A stretch of DNA of 64,000 nt, taken from the IMG/VR virus record IMGVR_UViG_3300045988_159775; one strand, written 5' to 3'. The notes under the pieces were generated by a model. It made no database searches and was not told the DNA's origin. It saw only the letters and a list, made by a program, of their open reading frames with translations. The position numbers and the translations under genes are program-made. This DNA comes from a virus. Of this stretch, positions 35,223 to 45,159 are shown in pieces (the stretch's first letter is position 1; every line of letters begins with the position of its first letter).

Positions 35223-35516
35223 CTATCCTTTTTTGTAGTCGTTAAAACTTTGAACTGCTTCGTTTATCTTATACTCCTTGTAAGGTTTGATATGCTTCTC
35301 AAAATGCTCATGAGAACGTTTCTTCAACATCTCCGTCTTTTGTTCCTTAGAAGCAGAAGTATAAGCCCCATAAATATTAGATTCATGACCAAGAATTTTT
35401 ACAGGTGCTCCGCAAAAGGGGCAAGTTAATTCCGGAAAACCCTCCGGTGCTTTAATCTTACTACTCCGGTTTTCGCAATTCTCATTAGAGCAAAAGCAAT
35501 TGTATATTAAATCCAT
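35223..35516 (-). CDS. zinc-ribbon protein
   Basis: CFCSNENC ... CPFCGAP supplies four Cys in a ribbon arrangement. Confidence 0.5.
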   Translation of the reverse strand: MDLIYNCFCSNENCENRSSKIKAPEGFPELTCPFCGAPVKILGHESNIYGAYTSASKEQKTEMLKKRSHEHFEKHIKPYKEYKINEAVQSFNDYKKG

Positions 35517-35522
35517 ATTCTT

Positions 35523-36035
35523 TTATATTTTTTCTGTTAAACGTGCATATTCCAAGATTAGCAACGCATCTGATATTGCTAACCAATCCTTTTTATATAC
35601 CAAACCAAACTCTGTCCCAACGCGCGGATAAATCTGTTGAGCCTTTTCTTTCAACTTCATCTTCCATTCCGTTGTAGTCTTTTTTCCCTTATTACCAACT
35701 TGCAAGCATTTCTGCCATTGCTGAGGCGTAACCGTAATAGTTTTTATATTACGCGATAAAAGCGCCATTTCTATGTGCCCGTAGCCACGCCCAAAATTAA
35801 ACATTGCCGAACCTCCTTGGCCCGGCATTCCGCCTACCTTTTCCAAATAACAACGAGCGTTGCACTGATAGACGGAAAGTAATTTTAAGACATCTTGGGG
35901 AGTCTCCGGCATTGGGGCAACCTCCAATAACTTATCCCGATCTATGGAATAAACGACTATTCCACCATTCTTTCCGGGATCAATTGCTATTATCTTTTTG
36001 TCTTTGAAGTATTTAATTCTTTCTTTATTTTCCAT
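35523..36035 (-). CDS. ruvC: RuvC-like Holliday junction resolvase
   Basis: IIAIDPGKNGG, YLEKVGGMPGQGGSAMFNFGRGYG and AISDALLILEYA. The ATG is at 36035 (MENKERI). Confidence 0.7.
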   Translation of the reverse strand: MENKERIKYFKDKKIIAIDPGKNGGIVVYSIDRDKLLEVAPMPETPQDVLKLLSVYQCNARCYLEKVGGMPGQGGSAMFNFGRGYGHIEMALLSRNIKTITVTPQQWQKCLQVGNKGKKTTTEWKMKLKEKAQQIYPRVGTEFGLVYKKDWLAISDALLILEYARLTEKI

Positions 36036-36065
36036 TACCAACAAAGTTTTCGGTATATTTATATA

Positions 36066-37940
36066 CTAACTTTGTAAAGAATCAACGTACCGCGCTATTT
36101 TATTCTCTTTTACAACATAGAGTTTATTCTTATTGTTAAAGCTATCAGAGACATTTTGGGTAATCATCAAAATCGTCACTCCTACTTTTTCCAAAACCTT
36201 TATTATATTTTCTTGCCCCTCAGAATCAATACCGTTAAAACACTCGTCAAGACAAATAAGATTCAAACCGCGACCGTTCGTAGATAGATTTATGAGATGC
36301 TGAATGCCTAATACTCCAGCAAGATTCACTCTACCTCGTTCCCCTCCGGATTTAGCGCGGAACGTTTCCGCATCGGTTCCATCCGTTTCTACAAACACAT
36401 CTATCTTCTCCCTAACTTCTCCGGACTTCAAAACCGTAAATCCGTTTATCAATACTGAAAGGTCTACGTCAAACTTTCTCAAAAATGAATTCGTTATGCC
36501 CTCTATGATCTTTATACTTTTATTAGCAAGATACGTTGAAAAGCCCGATTTCCCCATAGAAAAATTCCAAAAGCGTATCATATCTAAATCCTCCTTAATG
36601 CTCTTCATACGAGGTTCTATTGCTTCTAATTGTTCCTTTGCACGGGCGATCTTATCTTGTATAGCCTTGAGTTGAACGTTAGACTTCTTGCGTTCCTTTA
36701 TTTCTTCTTCTTGACGATCAAGTTTTTTGAGTCTTTCCGTACATTCCTTTATTTCTTCTTCTTGACGTTTTAATTTGCGTTTGTAAAGGGCTTTTTCTTC
36801 CTCAAGTCCGTCTAATATTTCTTGAGCGCGTTCTACTTCTCGAAGTTTCGCCATTGCCTTTTCTAAAGCCTGTTTTTTTATCTTAATGGACTTTTGTCCA
36901 GCAAGAACGTTTTCCTCACTTTCCGCCAAAAGCATTTTAGTTTCCCGTACCGTTAATCCCAATTCAGACTGATTAAGGAACTTATGTTTACATTTTGGAC
37001 ATGTAATGGCTTCTGATAACTCCAATTTCAATTTCCTTTCAATCGTGCGATCTTCTAACAAGGTGTCCTCTAAACCCTCAATTTCCCTCTTTAAACGTTT
37101 TACTTTATCTTTGACGGTTTGAAAGTCCGTTGGGACGGATATTGCTTGTATTTGAACTTCCTTTTCTTTTATCAAAGAAGCGTACTTTTTTACCAAAACT
37201 GCTTTTTCTCCGGCTTCGCTCTTAATCTCCGCGCGGCGATCTTGAATTGCTCTTAAGTCATCCTCAAAAGTATTCATTTTTTCCAGTTCTTCTGCTTGCT
37301 CTGATAATAACTCTATTCTTACAGTAATCTCGTCCGCTTCGTCTGCTAAAGGCTTGTATTCTGCTTCTTTTTCCTTTAGACGTTCCGCAAGAGTTTCTAA
37401 GACGGGATTTATCATATCAGCAGACGTTATCCGGTTCATGATCTCCTTTTTATCCCCATCGGACGCTGTAAAAAACATATAACGGTTATCTTGGGAGATT
37501 ATGAAATAACGCAATAAATCCTCACGCGTTATACCGATTTGCTCAAAAATATACTTATTAGCTTCCAAAACAGAAGTTAACTGAGTATTCAAAATGTCAT
37601 TCTCATATATTTCTATCTTAACGGGTTTATTGCCGCGAAAGAATCTACGTACAATTCTCAAGGACTTCTTTAGAACGTAATTTTCCAAAAGGAAATCTAC
37701 CATACAATCATCCTCATCACGGTTGATGAAATTATCTTTCTTGACATCCCTCAAAGATTCATTTGTAAGAGCTATCGCAATACCCTCCAAAAGCGTAGTT
37801 TTACCAGCGCCATTATTACCAAAATTACGGTCAGTATTATTCTTACCAAAAATAACCGTACAAACGTTGTTCTTAAACCGATATTCCGAATCTTTATGGG
37901 CAAAAAGATTACGGATTTTTATATAGATAGGATTCCACAT
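36066..37940 (-). CDS. sbcC: SbcC/Rad50-like ATPase (T4 gp46-like)
   Basis: Walker A GNNGAGKTTLLEG, a long coiled coil with a CPKCKHKF hook, signature SGGERGRVNLA and Walker B LICLDECFNGID. Confidence 0.8.
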   Translation of the reverse strand: MWNPIYIKIRNLFAHKDSEYRFKNNVCTVIFGKNNTDRNFGNNGAGKTTLLEGIAIALTNESLRDVKKDNFINRDEDDCMVDFLLENYVLKKSLRIVRRFFRGNKPVKIEIYENDILNTQLTSVLEANKYIFEQIGITREDLLRYFIISQDNRYMFFTASDGDKKEIMNRITSADMINPVLETLAERLKEKEAEYKPLADEADEITVRIELLSEQAEELEKMNTFEDDLRAIQDRRAEIKSEAGEKAVLVKKYASLIKEKEVQIQAISVPTDFQTVKDKVKRLKREIEGLEDTLLEDRTIERKLKLELSEAITCPKCKHKFLNQSELGLTVRETKMLLAESEENVLAGQKSIKIKKQALEKAMAKLREVERAQEILDGLEEEKALYKRKLKRQEEEIKECTERLKKLDRQEEEIKERKKSNVQLKAIQDKIARAKEQLEAIEPRMKSIKEDLDMIRFWNFSMGKSGFSTYLANKSIKIIEGITNSFLRKFDVDLSVLINGFTVLKSGEVREKIDVFVETDGTDAETFRAKSGGERGRVNLAGVLGIQHLINLSTNGRGLNLICLDECFNGIDSEGQENIIKVLEKVGVTILMITQNVSDSFNNKNKLYVVKENKIARYVDSLQS

Positions 37941-37942
37941 TT

Positions 37943-39013
37943 TTAGCTTATTTCTTTGATTAATTCCAAACCATATTTAAACTTATTGCCCTTTATACCA
38001 TTTTCTGAACAAAACTTTATAAAGTCTTGACGTATAGTACGAGAACTATGATTCAAAACTTCGGGATTTTCGCATGCCTCCATTGCTTCAACTTGCTCCT
38101 CCGCTTCATACTGACAATCTATACCGTATTTATTTTGAATTTCGGTCATGTTCACTTTATGAGCATCAGACTTCTTACCTTTGAAAACGAACCTTATATG
38201 ATCCGTTTTGTTATCTTTATACGCTTCCAAAAGTCCTAAAAGAGCGTCCGTATCATCGACATCCAGCGTCTCCTTTATGTAACGGGGAAATTTACTACGT
38301 ACAAATTTTGTACTTCCATCGTCAAATATGACCGTAAATCCTTTATCATCAAAACTTTCACCAAAATTATTCTGATATGCTGATCCGGTATAAATCACGT
38401 TATCAGCTAATTTACTGGCGTTATGATAATGACCTATCAAAACCTTAGTCCAATCCTCAAAAAGTTTTGGTTTAATTTCTGAACTTACGCGACTTCCGTC
38501 ATTATTAACAACTCCATCAAAACCGGAATGAGTTATAAGTATCAAGGGCGTATCCTCGTCTATATCACCATCATTGAAATTTTCTTCGATCTGCTCCGTA
38601 ACTTTTTCAAATTCTGATAGCCAGCGATCATCGCCAAAGTAGGGAATAAAAGCAACAACAACACCACTAAAGAACTTACGACTCCCAACCCTATAAAGAT
38701 TAAAGTAATCACTTTCATAAACTTCCAAATAACTTTTTTCACTATTTCCATCCGTCTTATCGTGGTTTCCGGGAATGACGTGCATTTCTATTCCGGCTTG
38801 TTTAACTCGTTCAATTATTTCCTTAAAATCTATCAAGCATATCAAAGGTTGTCCGCTACGATTAGTGAATATATCTCCTCCGCAAAATATACGGTTTGTC
38901 TTATATTTTCGACAAACTTCTATCAACTGATAGAAAATATTCTTTACCAAATCTCCATTATCTTTATTGAGATGAGGGTCATTTATCAAAACTCCAATTG
39001 CTTCTTTTCCCAT
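37943..39013 (-). CDS. sbcD: SbcD/Mre11-like nuclease (T4 gp47-like)
   Basis: Calcineurin-like phosphoesterase motifs: INDPHL, GGDIF, PGNHD, ITHSG and GHYHN. Confidence 0.85.
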   Translation of the reverse strand: MGKEAIGVLINDPHLNKDNGDLVKNIFYQLIEVCRKYKTNRIFCGGDIFTNRSGQPLICLIDFKEIIERVKQAGIEMHVIPGNHDKTDGNSEKSYLEVYESDYFNLYRVGSRKFFSGVVVAFIPYFGDDRWLSEFEKVTEQIEENFNDGDIDEDTPLILITHSGFDGVVNNDGSRVSSEIKPKLFEDWTKVLIGHYHNASKLADNVIYTGSAYQNNFGESFDDKGFTVIFDDGSTKFVRSKFPRYIKETLDVDDTDALLGLLEAYKDNKTDHIRFVFKGKKSDAHKVNMTEIQNKYGIDCQYEAEEQVEAMEACENPEVLNHSSRTIRQDFIKFCSENGIKGNKFKYGLELIKEIS

Positions 39014-39030
39014 ACTTTATATAACTTTGA

Positions 39031-40161
39031 TCAATCATCATCCTCTTCATCTTCGATACCTTGCAACAAAGACTTTTTAAGATCGGCTAAATCTTTTTTC
39101 ATAGAAGCGCGGATACGGGAATGAAGAACATTTAACAGAGGATTATGTTCTTGATATAATTTATAATATTCACGCGGTGAACTCCAAGATAATTTACCTT
39201 TCATAAATGATATTTTCTTGGCGCCGTCTTTTACTAATATCCCATTCTCCAAAGCATATTCAATATCTTCATCTGATAGTATAATTCCATACCCCAAAAG
39301 AATAGCTATGTCAGTTTTCTTTCGACTTCCAAAATCATTTTTAACAACCTTTACTTCTGTTATTTGAAGAACTTCTACGTCATCAATTTTTTTATGTTCT
39401 TTCAATTTCATGGAAAGACGAATAGTGGGAAGTAATTCTACCCATTCACCCCCAGTAGATTTACGCGTTGAGATTCCCATCGTACTTTGTTCATACTGGT
39501 GATTAAGCATAACAAAGTGGATAATATTCGTATACATTTCCGACATTATAAATTTAGCAAATTTCTTTGCTTCCTTAGCAAATGCCATCATCTTCTCGTT
39601 CTTCAATTCAATATCCTCTACGTCCGTACCTCTTTGAAGTTCTTTATCAAGTTTCTTTATATTTTCCTCCATGGTATCCAATTCGGACTTCGATAAGGTC
39701 GCGCCTAATGAATCCCAAAGGAAAAAGAACTTCGGAGTAATTTTTTCAGCCTTTAGAATTTCACGAGTATCATTGATAAGTTTTTTAGTTTGAAGAAACA
39801 TTGCTTCTACATACCGGATTTTTATGATTATAATTTGGTCAATAGGTAATCCTAATTGTAATGCATAATCTTTATTATCGCGGTTTTCGCTGGAAAGTAT
39901 TACCGCTACTCCATCATCCGGATTTTCTTTCAAAAAATATTTCATTGCCATAAGCCCCAAAGTAGTTTTTCCACTCCGGCTCTTTCCTGCTATTTCTATA
40001 ATTCCAGTAGGCAATCCAAAGGTACGTAGATTGTAATCCAAAGTGGGGCTACCTGTATGCGCCCAACTCTTTACTTCCATAAATCCGTCCTTATCGGAAA
40101 ACTTTATTACATCCTCGCTGTTAAACCTCTTTACTATTTTATCGACAAAATTATTCTTCAT
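39031..40161 (-). CDS. RecA/UvsX-family recombinase
   Basis: TGSPTLDYNL..GLPTGIIEIAGKSRSGKTTLGL (Walker A) and FFLWDSLGA (Walker B). Confidence 0.8.
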   Translation of the reverse strand: MKNNFVDKIVKRFNSEDVIKFSDKDGFMEVKSWAHTGSPTLDYNLRTFGLPTGIIEIAGKSRSGKTTLGLMAMKYFLKENPDDGVAVILSSENRDNKDYALQLGLPIDQIIIIKIRYVEAMFLQTKKLINDTREILKAEKITPKFFFLWDSLGATLSKSELDTMEENIKKLDKELQRGTDVEDIELKNEKMMAFAKEAKKFAKFIMSEMYTNIIHFVMLNHQYEQSTMGISTRKSTGGEWVELLPTIRLSMKLKEHKKIDDVEVLQITEVKVVKNDFGSRKKTDIAILLGYGIILSDEDIEYALENGILVKDGAKKISFMKGKLSWSSPREYYKLYQEHNPLLNVLHSRIRASMKKDLADLKKSLLQGIEDEEDDD

Positions 40162-40174
40162 GTTACGTGGAGAT

Positions 40175-40221
40175 TAAAAAAAGAGACAATAGCAGACTTT
40201 TCAGTATATACTATTGTCTCT
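40175..40221 (-). terminator. rho-independent terminator
   Basis: Minus strand AGAGACAATAG-N18-CTATTGTCTCT (11-bp stem) followed by TTTTTTTAATC. Confidence 0.75.
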
Positions 40222-40260
40222 CAAAATGCAAAATTAAAAAACGTAATATTTGTATTAAAA

Positions 40261-41574
40261 CTATTTGCCTAAGCGTTTACGGAGATCAGCCATTGACATT
40301 TTTGCGCGCGGTTTTTCCTCCTCTTCATCATCTTCTTCCTCGTCACTATCTTCATCTCCATCCTCTTTCAAGGCTTCGCGAATAGCTTCGCGCAAATCAT
40401 CATCGGACATTGATTTTTTGACTGAAACGTCTAAATCATTATCTCGTATATATTTCTTCAATTCGTTACGATCTAAGTCATCCAAACCATCATCCTCGTC
40501 ACTATCCGCTTCTGATTCTTCCTCCTCGTCTTCGTCATCCTCTGGTTCAGGCTCAGGTTTTTTCTTTCCGGATTTAGAAGTTTTCTTTGGAGCAGGTTTT
40601 TCTTCCTCCTCTTCATCGTCCTCATCTTCTTCCGGTTCTACGACTTTTTTGGAAGTCTTTTTTGAAGAAACTTTCTTTTTAGGTTCGTCCTCATCATCCT
40701 CGTCTGAAGAATCAGCGTCATATTGCTCTTTTATTTCTTCTACGATCTCCAACCAACCCTCGTCTTCAAACATTTCCAAATCATTTTCCTCATCGAAAGT
40801 TTGCAATCCCTCTAAAGCACGTTCAAAATCTCTCATTTCGTAACGAGGAGTAAGTTCTGAAAGGGGCTTCAAGTTCATGAAATATTCTATCTCTTCATCT
40901 GTCAAAGGACGGGCGGAAACTTTTTTAGGGAAAGATACTTCATAATAGTTTTCACCTTTCTTTTTGTTTGGTTTTGAGAGTTTCTTTACCAATACAGGTA
41001 GTCCCTCATCCGGATCAGTAAACGGATCAACTTCAATTGGATCATCATCCTCTTCTGAGAAAGAAAGTTTATTCAAAGCGTCACGAACCATTTTCTTGAA
41101 TTCCCAAACTTTTGCTTTCAATTCTTCGTCTGGATTGATCTCATCAGCATAGGCTAACCAAGTGAACTGAGCTCCGAATCCGTCTTGTCCAGTGAAGCAA
41201 GATAAGCGGTCAGAATCCTTTGACCATTTCTTCTTAGCGTACTTCATGAATTCATCGCATATATCTTTTTTCGTTCCTCCGTGAACCACTGAGTCATTAA
41301 CCGTACCGCGATAAGTATTGCCGTCTTGTCCTGTAAAAGTCAACCAATAACACTTACGCTTAACGTAAAAATTATCTTCGCCGGGATGAGCAGGGAAAAT
41401 ACGAATCTTAGTTGTTTTTCCATCTTCCAAACGCAAATACTCGTTAGAATTTTGAACACCGATCATTTCGTTGTCTTCATCTACTGTTTTTTTAAGACTC
41501 TTAATGGGAGTTGGCTTAAGTTTTGATCTAAGATCAGATGCTCCCTCACTTTTTGAAGTTTTTTTAGTTGCCAT
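40261..41574 (-). CDS. gp32-like single-stranded DNA-binding protein with a long acidic, repeat-containing C-terminal half
   Basis: KTTKIRIFPAHPGEDNFYVKRKCYW resembles the gp32 IRFLP block. It sits next to the recombinase. The C-terminus carries an EED-rich tail plus a HeH-like motif (LKKYIRDNDLDVSVKKSMSDDDLREAI). Confidence 0.5.
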   Translation of the reverse strand: MATKKTSKSEGASDLRSKLKPTPIKSLKKTVDEDNEMIGVQNSNEYLRLEDGKTTKIRIFPAHPGEDNFYVKRKCYWLTFTGQDGNTYRGTVNDSVVHGGTKKDICDEFMKYAKKKWSKDSDRLSCFTGQDGFGAQFTWLAYADEINPDEELKAKVWEFKKMVRDALNKLSFSEEDDDPIEVDPFTDPDEGLPVLVKKLSKPNKKKGENYYEVSFPKKVSARPLTDEEIEYFMNLKPLSELTPRYEMRDFERALEGLQTFDEENDLEMFEDEGWLEIVEEIKEQYDADSSDEDDEDEPKKKVSSKKTSKKVVEPEEDEDDEEEEEKPAPKKTSKSGKKKPEPEPEDDEDEEEESEADSDEDDGLDDLDRNELKKYIRDNDLDVSVKKSMSDDDLREAIREALKEDGDEDSDEEEDDEEEEKPRAKMSMADLRKRLGK

Positions 41575-41586
41575 AAATAATATAAA

Positions 41587-42105
41587 TTAATCAATTAGTT
41601 TTTTAGTTCTCTTCACTAAAATCCCGTTAACGCGTCCCTCAATAACAGAGTCCGCTATATCGCTGGGTTGAACCGATAAGGAAAGTTTGTTGAGTTTTTC
41701 ACTCTTATCTTTTGCTGACCAAAATATAGAGTTCACATAATCTCTTATCTTTTGTTTATCTATCAAAGCCCGTCTTAAAGCTTGATAAGATTTTTGCATA
41801 GTGACATAGGAATTAACCGCGTCAATGCTCGGATTCTTTCCGGACTGTTCACTAAGTATAACTCTGGCAGACTCCTTTAGTTTAGCTTCCGTAACTTCCA
41901 AATTTAATTTCGCCAAAGCAACTTGACTTTCCGACTCCGCCAACATTTGTCCGAAGCGATTTACAATCACCGGGAAAGTTACCATTTCTCCAATAAGATT
42001 GGAATAATCAATCTTCAAAATAGCGTCTATATCGACATTTTCGTCAAATTCGTCAAAAATCAAAACATAAGTTTGACCGCCAATTGTTATTACTTTTTTC
42101 TGCAT
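41587..42105 (-). CDS. hypothetical protein (UvsY-like recombination mediator by position and helical pattern only)
   Basis: 172-aa ORF between the SSB and nucleotide-metabolism genes. No firm motif recognised. Confidence 0.45.
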   Translation of the reverse strand: MQKKVITIGGQTYVLIFDEFDENVDIDAILKIDYSNLIGEMVTFPVIVNRFGQMLAESESQVALAKLNLEVTEAKLKESARVILSEQSGKNPSIDAVNSYVTMQKSYQALRRALIDKQKIRDYVNSIFWSAKDKSEKLNKLSLSVQPSDIADSVIEGRVNGILVKRTKKLID

Positions 42106-42118
42106 ACTTTCCTAAGAT

Positions 42119-42460
42119 TTATTCTTCATCATCGTTTGAAACAGACTTTCTGTAAACCTTTGGCTCATTTTCTTCCTTTTGAGCGTCTAAGATATGAATG
42201 CCTATTACGGCATATCCTATTATGTCATGTAAAGTATCGCGAATGCTTTCAAAGTTAGGTTCTTTGCCCTGCATACTGTTTTCTACCATATTCCGGTATC
42301 TACGTACCTTATCCCAAAGATGAACCATATTGCCGTTCAATCCTAAATCAAAAGAAGCGCCTTTATAGTCAGCGTTCTTTTTTACCAGCAAATCGCTCAT
42401 GCCATTGAAAATGCCATTGATACTCTCTTTGGTCATCTCTTTTCCTTGTTCCTTATTCAT
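42119..42460 (-). CDS. DUF1599-like (MazG-superfamily, nucleotide-modification-associated) protein
   Basis: KKNADYKGASF ... WDKVRRYRNM ... ESIRDTLHDIIGYAVIGIHIL fits the K-x-x-DYG / DK-x-x-R / D-x-x-NY pattern as I remember it. Confidence 0.5.
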   Translation of the reverse strand: MNKEQGKEMTKESINGIFNGMSDLLVKKNADYKGASFDLGLNGNMVHLWDKVRRYRNMVENSMQGKEPNFESIRDTLHDIIGYAVIGIHILDAQKEENEPKVYRKSVSNDDEE

Positions 42461-42471
42461 TTTTAAAAGTT

Positions 42472-43098
42472 TTAAATGTTTTCTAATTCACTGAAATCCA
42501 TATTCGTATTAGGAAAATGAAGTTTCAAATCTTTTATCAAAATCTCTTTTGCTTTTAGAATGTTTTCTTTCGCCCTAAATAACAATTCTTCAAAATCGCT
42601 ATTGCCTAATTTCATTTCACGTTTAATGAACATAATTAAAGCTAACCAATCACAAACTTTTACGAAATTATTTTCAATAGACGTTGAACTAATTATGTTG
42701 TTTATCATCATTTCTGAAGCGAAAGTCATTTGATCAACGACTCCTTTGACTTCCTCCTTTAATTCTTCACTAACTTTATAACGAACAAAACTATTTAGAG
42801 CGCGCCTAATATCGTATCCGTTATACTCATTGTATTTTATTTCATGTGAAAGGTCTCTCAAGATAAACGACTCATCCCAATCGTGTAGTAAGGCGCGCGT
42901 AATTACTTCTAACTTAAATTCATTTACATTCGCATCCTCTGATTGTCCAAATATATCTTCCAATAGGACGCGTGCAAAGATTGCTACTTTGTAGGAATGT
43001 TGACTTACGCTTTCTTGTTTAAATACGTCTTTCTCCTGCCACTGTATGATGTTATCAAGACGCTGGAGATACTTACCATTAAAAATTTTGCTTAACAT
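42472..43098 (-). CDS. HD-domain 5'-deoxynucleotidase (YfbR-like)
   Basis: LQRLDNIIQWQEKDVFKQESVSQHSYKVAIFARVL and ALLHDWDESFILRDLSHEIKY parallel E. coli YfbR (LSRLKLINRW...ENVSEHSLQVAMVAHAL and MYHDASEVLTGDLPTPVKY). Confidence 0.7.
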   Translation of the reverse strand: MLSKIFNGKYLQRLDNIIQWQEKDVFKQESVSQHSYKVAIFARVLLEDIFGQSEDANVNEFKLEVITRALLHDWDESFILRDLSHEIKYNEYNGYDIRRALNSFVRYKVSEELKEEVKGVVDQMTFASEMMINNIISSTSIENNFVKVCDWLALIMFIKREMKLGNSDFEELLFRAKENILKAKEILIKDLKLHFPNTNMDFSELENI

Positions 43099-43110
43099 AA
43101 CCTTTTTTAT

Positions 43111-45159
43111 TTACGATACTATATAAATCTTCGTCCTATCATCAGAATAAAGAGCCCTTTGATTTTTGAACTTATCTTTCTTCACTCTCCCTGAAATAGC
43201 AACGACTCTATTTTCGTAATTCTCTATATTTTCCGGTAATCTCTCTACAGCATCTGGCCAAAGTGTTACGGGAATAATCGTATTATTGCAATCTATATTC
43301 AAGCTAACCATAGTGCCGTTTTTAATTTTCCGTTCCACGTAATATATTAACTTGCCTGCTATGGTTACTTCGCTGCCCTCCTTGACGTTTCCGAATTCGA
43401 AGTCATTAACGAATAACTTAGCAACCCTACGATTGGGGATAGCGTCACGAATCATGGTTTCATAATCTACTTCTCCGAATCCGGTTAAACGTCTTTGTTC
43501 AAATACCCAAAATGAGTTTGTTTCTGACTCTGGAGTTTGATATTGAGGAGGCATCTGAGCTTTCTTCCTATCCAAATACCAAGCTAATAGTTTTTTACGC
43601 TCACGTGTATTTTTCAAATCCTCTACTACATCAAAAGCACCGCTTATAATCAAGTTCTGAATTACAGTCTTATTAACTTTGGACGGAACGCGTTCCACAA
43701 ACTCTTCCAATGAGAAAAACCTCCCATGCGCTTCCCTTTCCCCTATTATTAGAGGAACAACTTTATCACCAATATTTTTGATCTTTGTTAGGCTAAAGAA
43801 TATTCTTTGTTCTTTTGGATCGCAAGTAAATCTCGTTTCAGAGAAATTTATATCCGGGGGACGTACTTCTATCTCAACGCCTGTTTTCTTCAATTCGGCA
43901 AGGCGATAAGGTATTTCAGATTCTTTGGCAAATTGTAACGAAGCAGTCCAAAATTCCAAGGGATAATTAACTTTCATGTATTGACTCCAATAAGACATGA
44001 TAGAATACGCTGCCGCGTGACTCTTATTAAAACCGTAACCACTAAAAGCCAATAACTTATCCCAAACATTTTTAGCATATTCCTCTGGGTTAGGAATGTC
44101 ATGCTCTTTTAACAACTTTATGTAGCCCTCCTTGAATTTTTCTCCAAACGAGCCCAAAGTTTTTACGTCTTTTTTCTTTATCGTAGTTCTAAGTATATCC
44201 GATTCTACCTCAGTCAATCCGGCTACCACTACGGCTTTCATAATTTGTTCTTGATAAACATAAAGTCCGAACGTTTCACGCGTTATTTCCTCCATGCCAA
44301 AATCAAACTTAGGTTTCTTTTTCCCGTTTTTAATTTCAGAAAAATCGTCATGAGCTCTCAATTCCATTGGCCCCGGACGAAAGAGAGCAGTCATTGCTAT
44401 GAGTTGAGCTAACGTATCCGGCTTAACTTGACGACAATAGTTCATAAGTCCTTGCGTACCGAACTGAAATACGTCTTCATTCCATCCTCTACGGAAGAAT
44501 TTGAACGTTTCTTCATCATCTAAGGGTATTTCATTCCAGTTGATTTTCTTGCCCGTATTACGCTGAATTAACGTCTCCATATCTTTGAACTTATCCAATT
44601 GATTAAGTCCCAAAATATCCTCCTTTAGAAAGCCTGATTTATCAATGTATTTTCCCTCCCATTCAGAAACAAGTACGCCATCGATCATCTTTATAGGCAT
44701 CCACTCCCATATATCCGTTTCCCGATCTTTGCCGTCTACGGTATGTTTAGGTACAATAACAACGGCTGATGGATGGACGGAAGCCGAACGACACTGCAAC
44801 AAACTATACTTCGTTAAATGAACTATATCGGGATTATCTTGAACGAACTTGAATAAGGCTTTAGATCGACTCGCATATTCAATTAAATCTCCCCAAGTGT
44901 ATTCTGTTTGATCATCTATGTCTTTTGTTATCTTATTCATAGTATCAAAAGGAATGCCCTTAACTTTCCCAAAGTCCTTTAAACAAGACTTCAGTTTCAT
45001 TCGCCCATACGTTCCGATCGAACAAGTGTAATCATAGCCGTACTTTTGTTTTATGTAATCCTTTACCGCATCCCGATATTCTGTTGGAAAATCGACATCT
45101 ATGTCCGGCATCATGTCGCTACGAAAAATTTTTACTTTTTTTATAGAAATTGCCTTCAT
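43111..45159 (-). CDS. dnaE: DNA polymerase III alpha (DnaE), C-terminal fragment (palm/fingers/OB)
   Basis: After a 15-aa leader it begins MMPDIDVDFPTEYRD. It also carries FRPGPM, GFNKSHAAAYS and a C-terminal OB fold (VTIAGKLIYYVERKIKNGTMVSL). Confidence 0.85.
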   Translation of the reverse strand: MKAISIKKVKIFRSDMMPDIDVDFPTEYRDAVKDYIKQKYGYDYTCSIGTYGRMKLKSCLKDFGKVKGIPFDTMNKITKDIDDQTEYTWGDLIEYASRSKALFKFVQDNPDIVHLTKYSLLQCRSASVHPSAVVIVPKHTVDGKDRETDIWEWMPIKMIDGVLVSEWEGKYIDKSGFLKEDILGLNQLDKFKDMETLIQRNTGKKINWNEIPLDDEETFKFFRRGWNEDVFQFGTQGLMNYCRQVKPDTLAQLIAMTALFRPGPMELRAHDDFSEIKNGKKKPKFDFGMEEITRETFGLYVYQEQIMKAVVVAGLTEVESDILRTTIKKKDVKTLGSFGEKFKEGYIKLLKEHDIPNPEEYAKNVWDKLLAFSGYGFNKSHAAAYSIMSYWSQYMKVNYPLEFWTASLQFAKESEIPYRLAELKKTGVEIEVRPPDINFSETRFTCDPKEQRIFFSLTKIKNIGDKVVPLIIGEREAHGRFFSLEEFVERVPSKVNKTVIQNLIISGAFDVVEDLKNTRERKKLLAWYLDRKKAQMPPQYQTPESETNSFWVFEQRRLTGFGEVDYETMIRDAIPNRRVAKLFVNDFEFGNVKEGSEVTIAGKLIYYVERKIKNGTMVSLNIDCNNTIIPVTLWPDAVERLPENIENYENRVVAISGRVKKDKFKNQRALYSDDRTKIYIVS

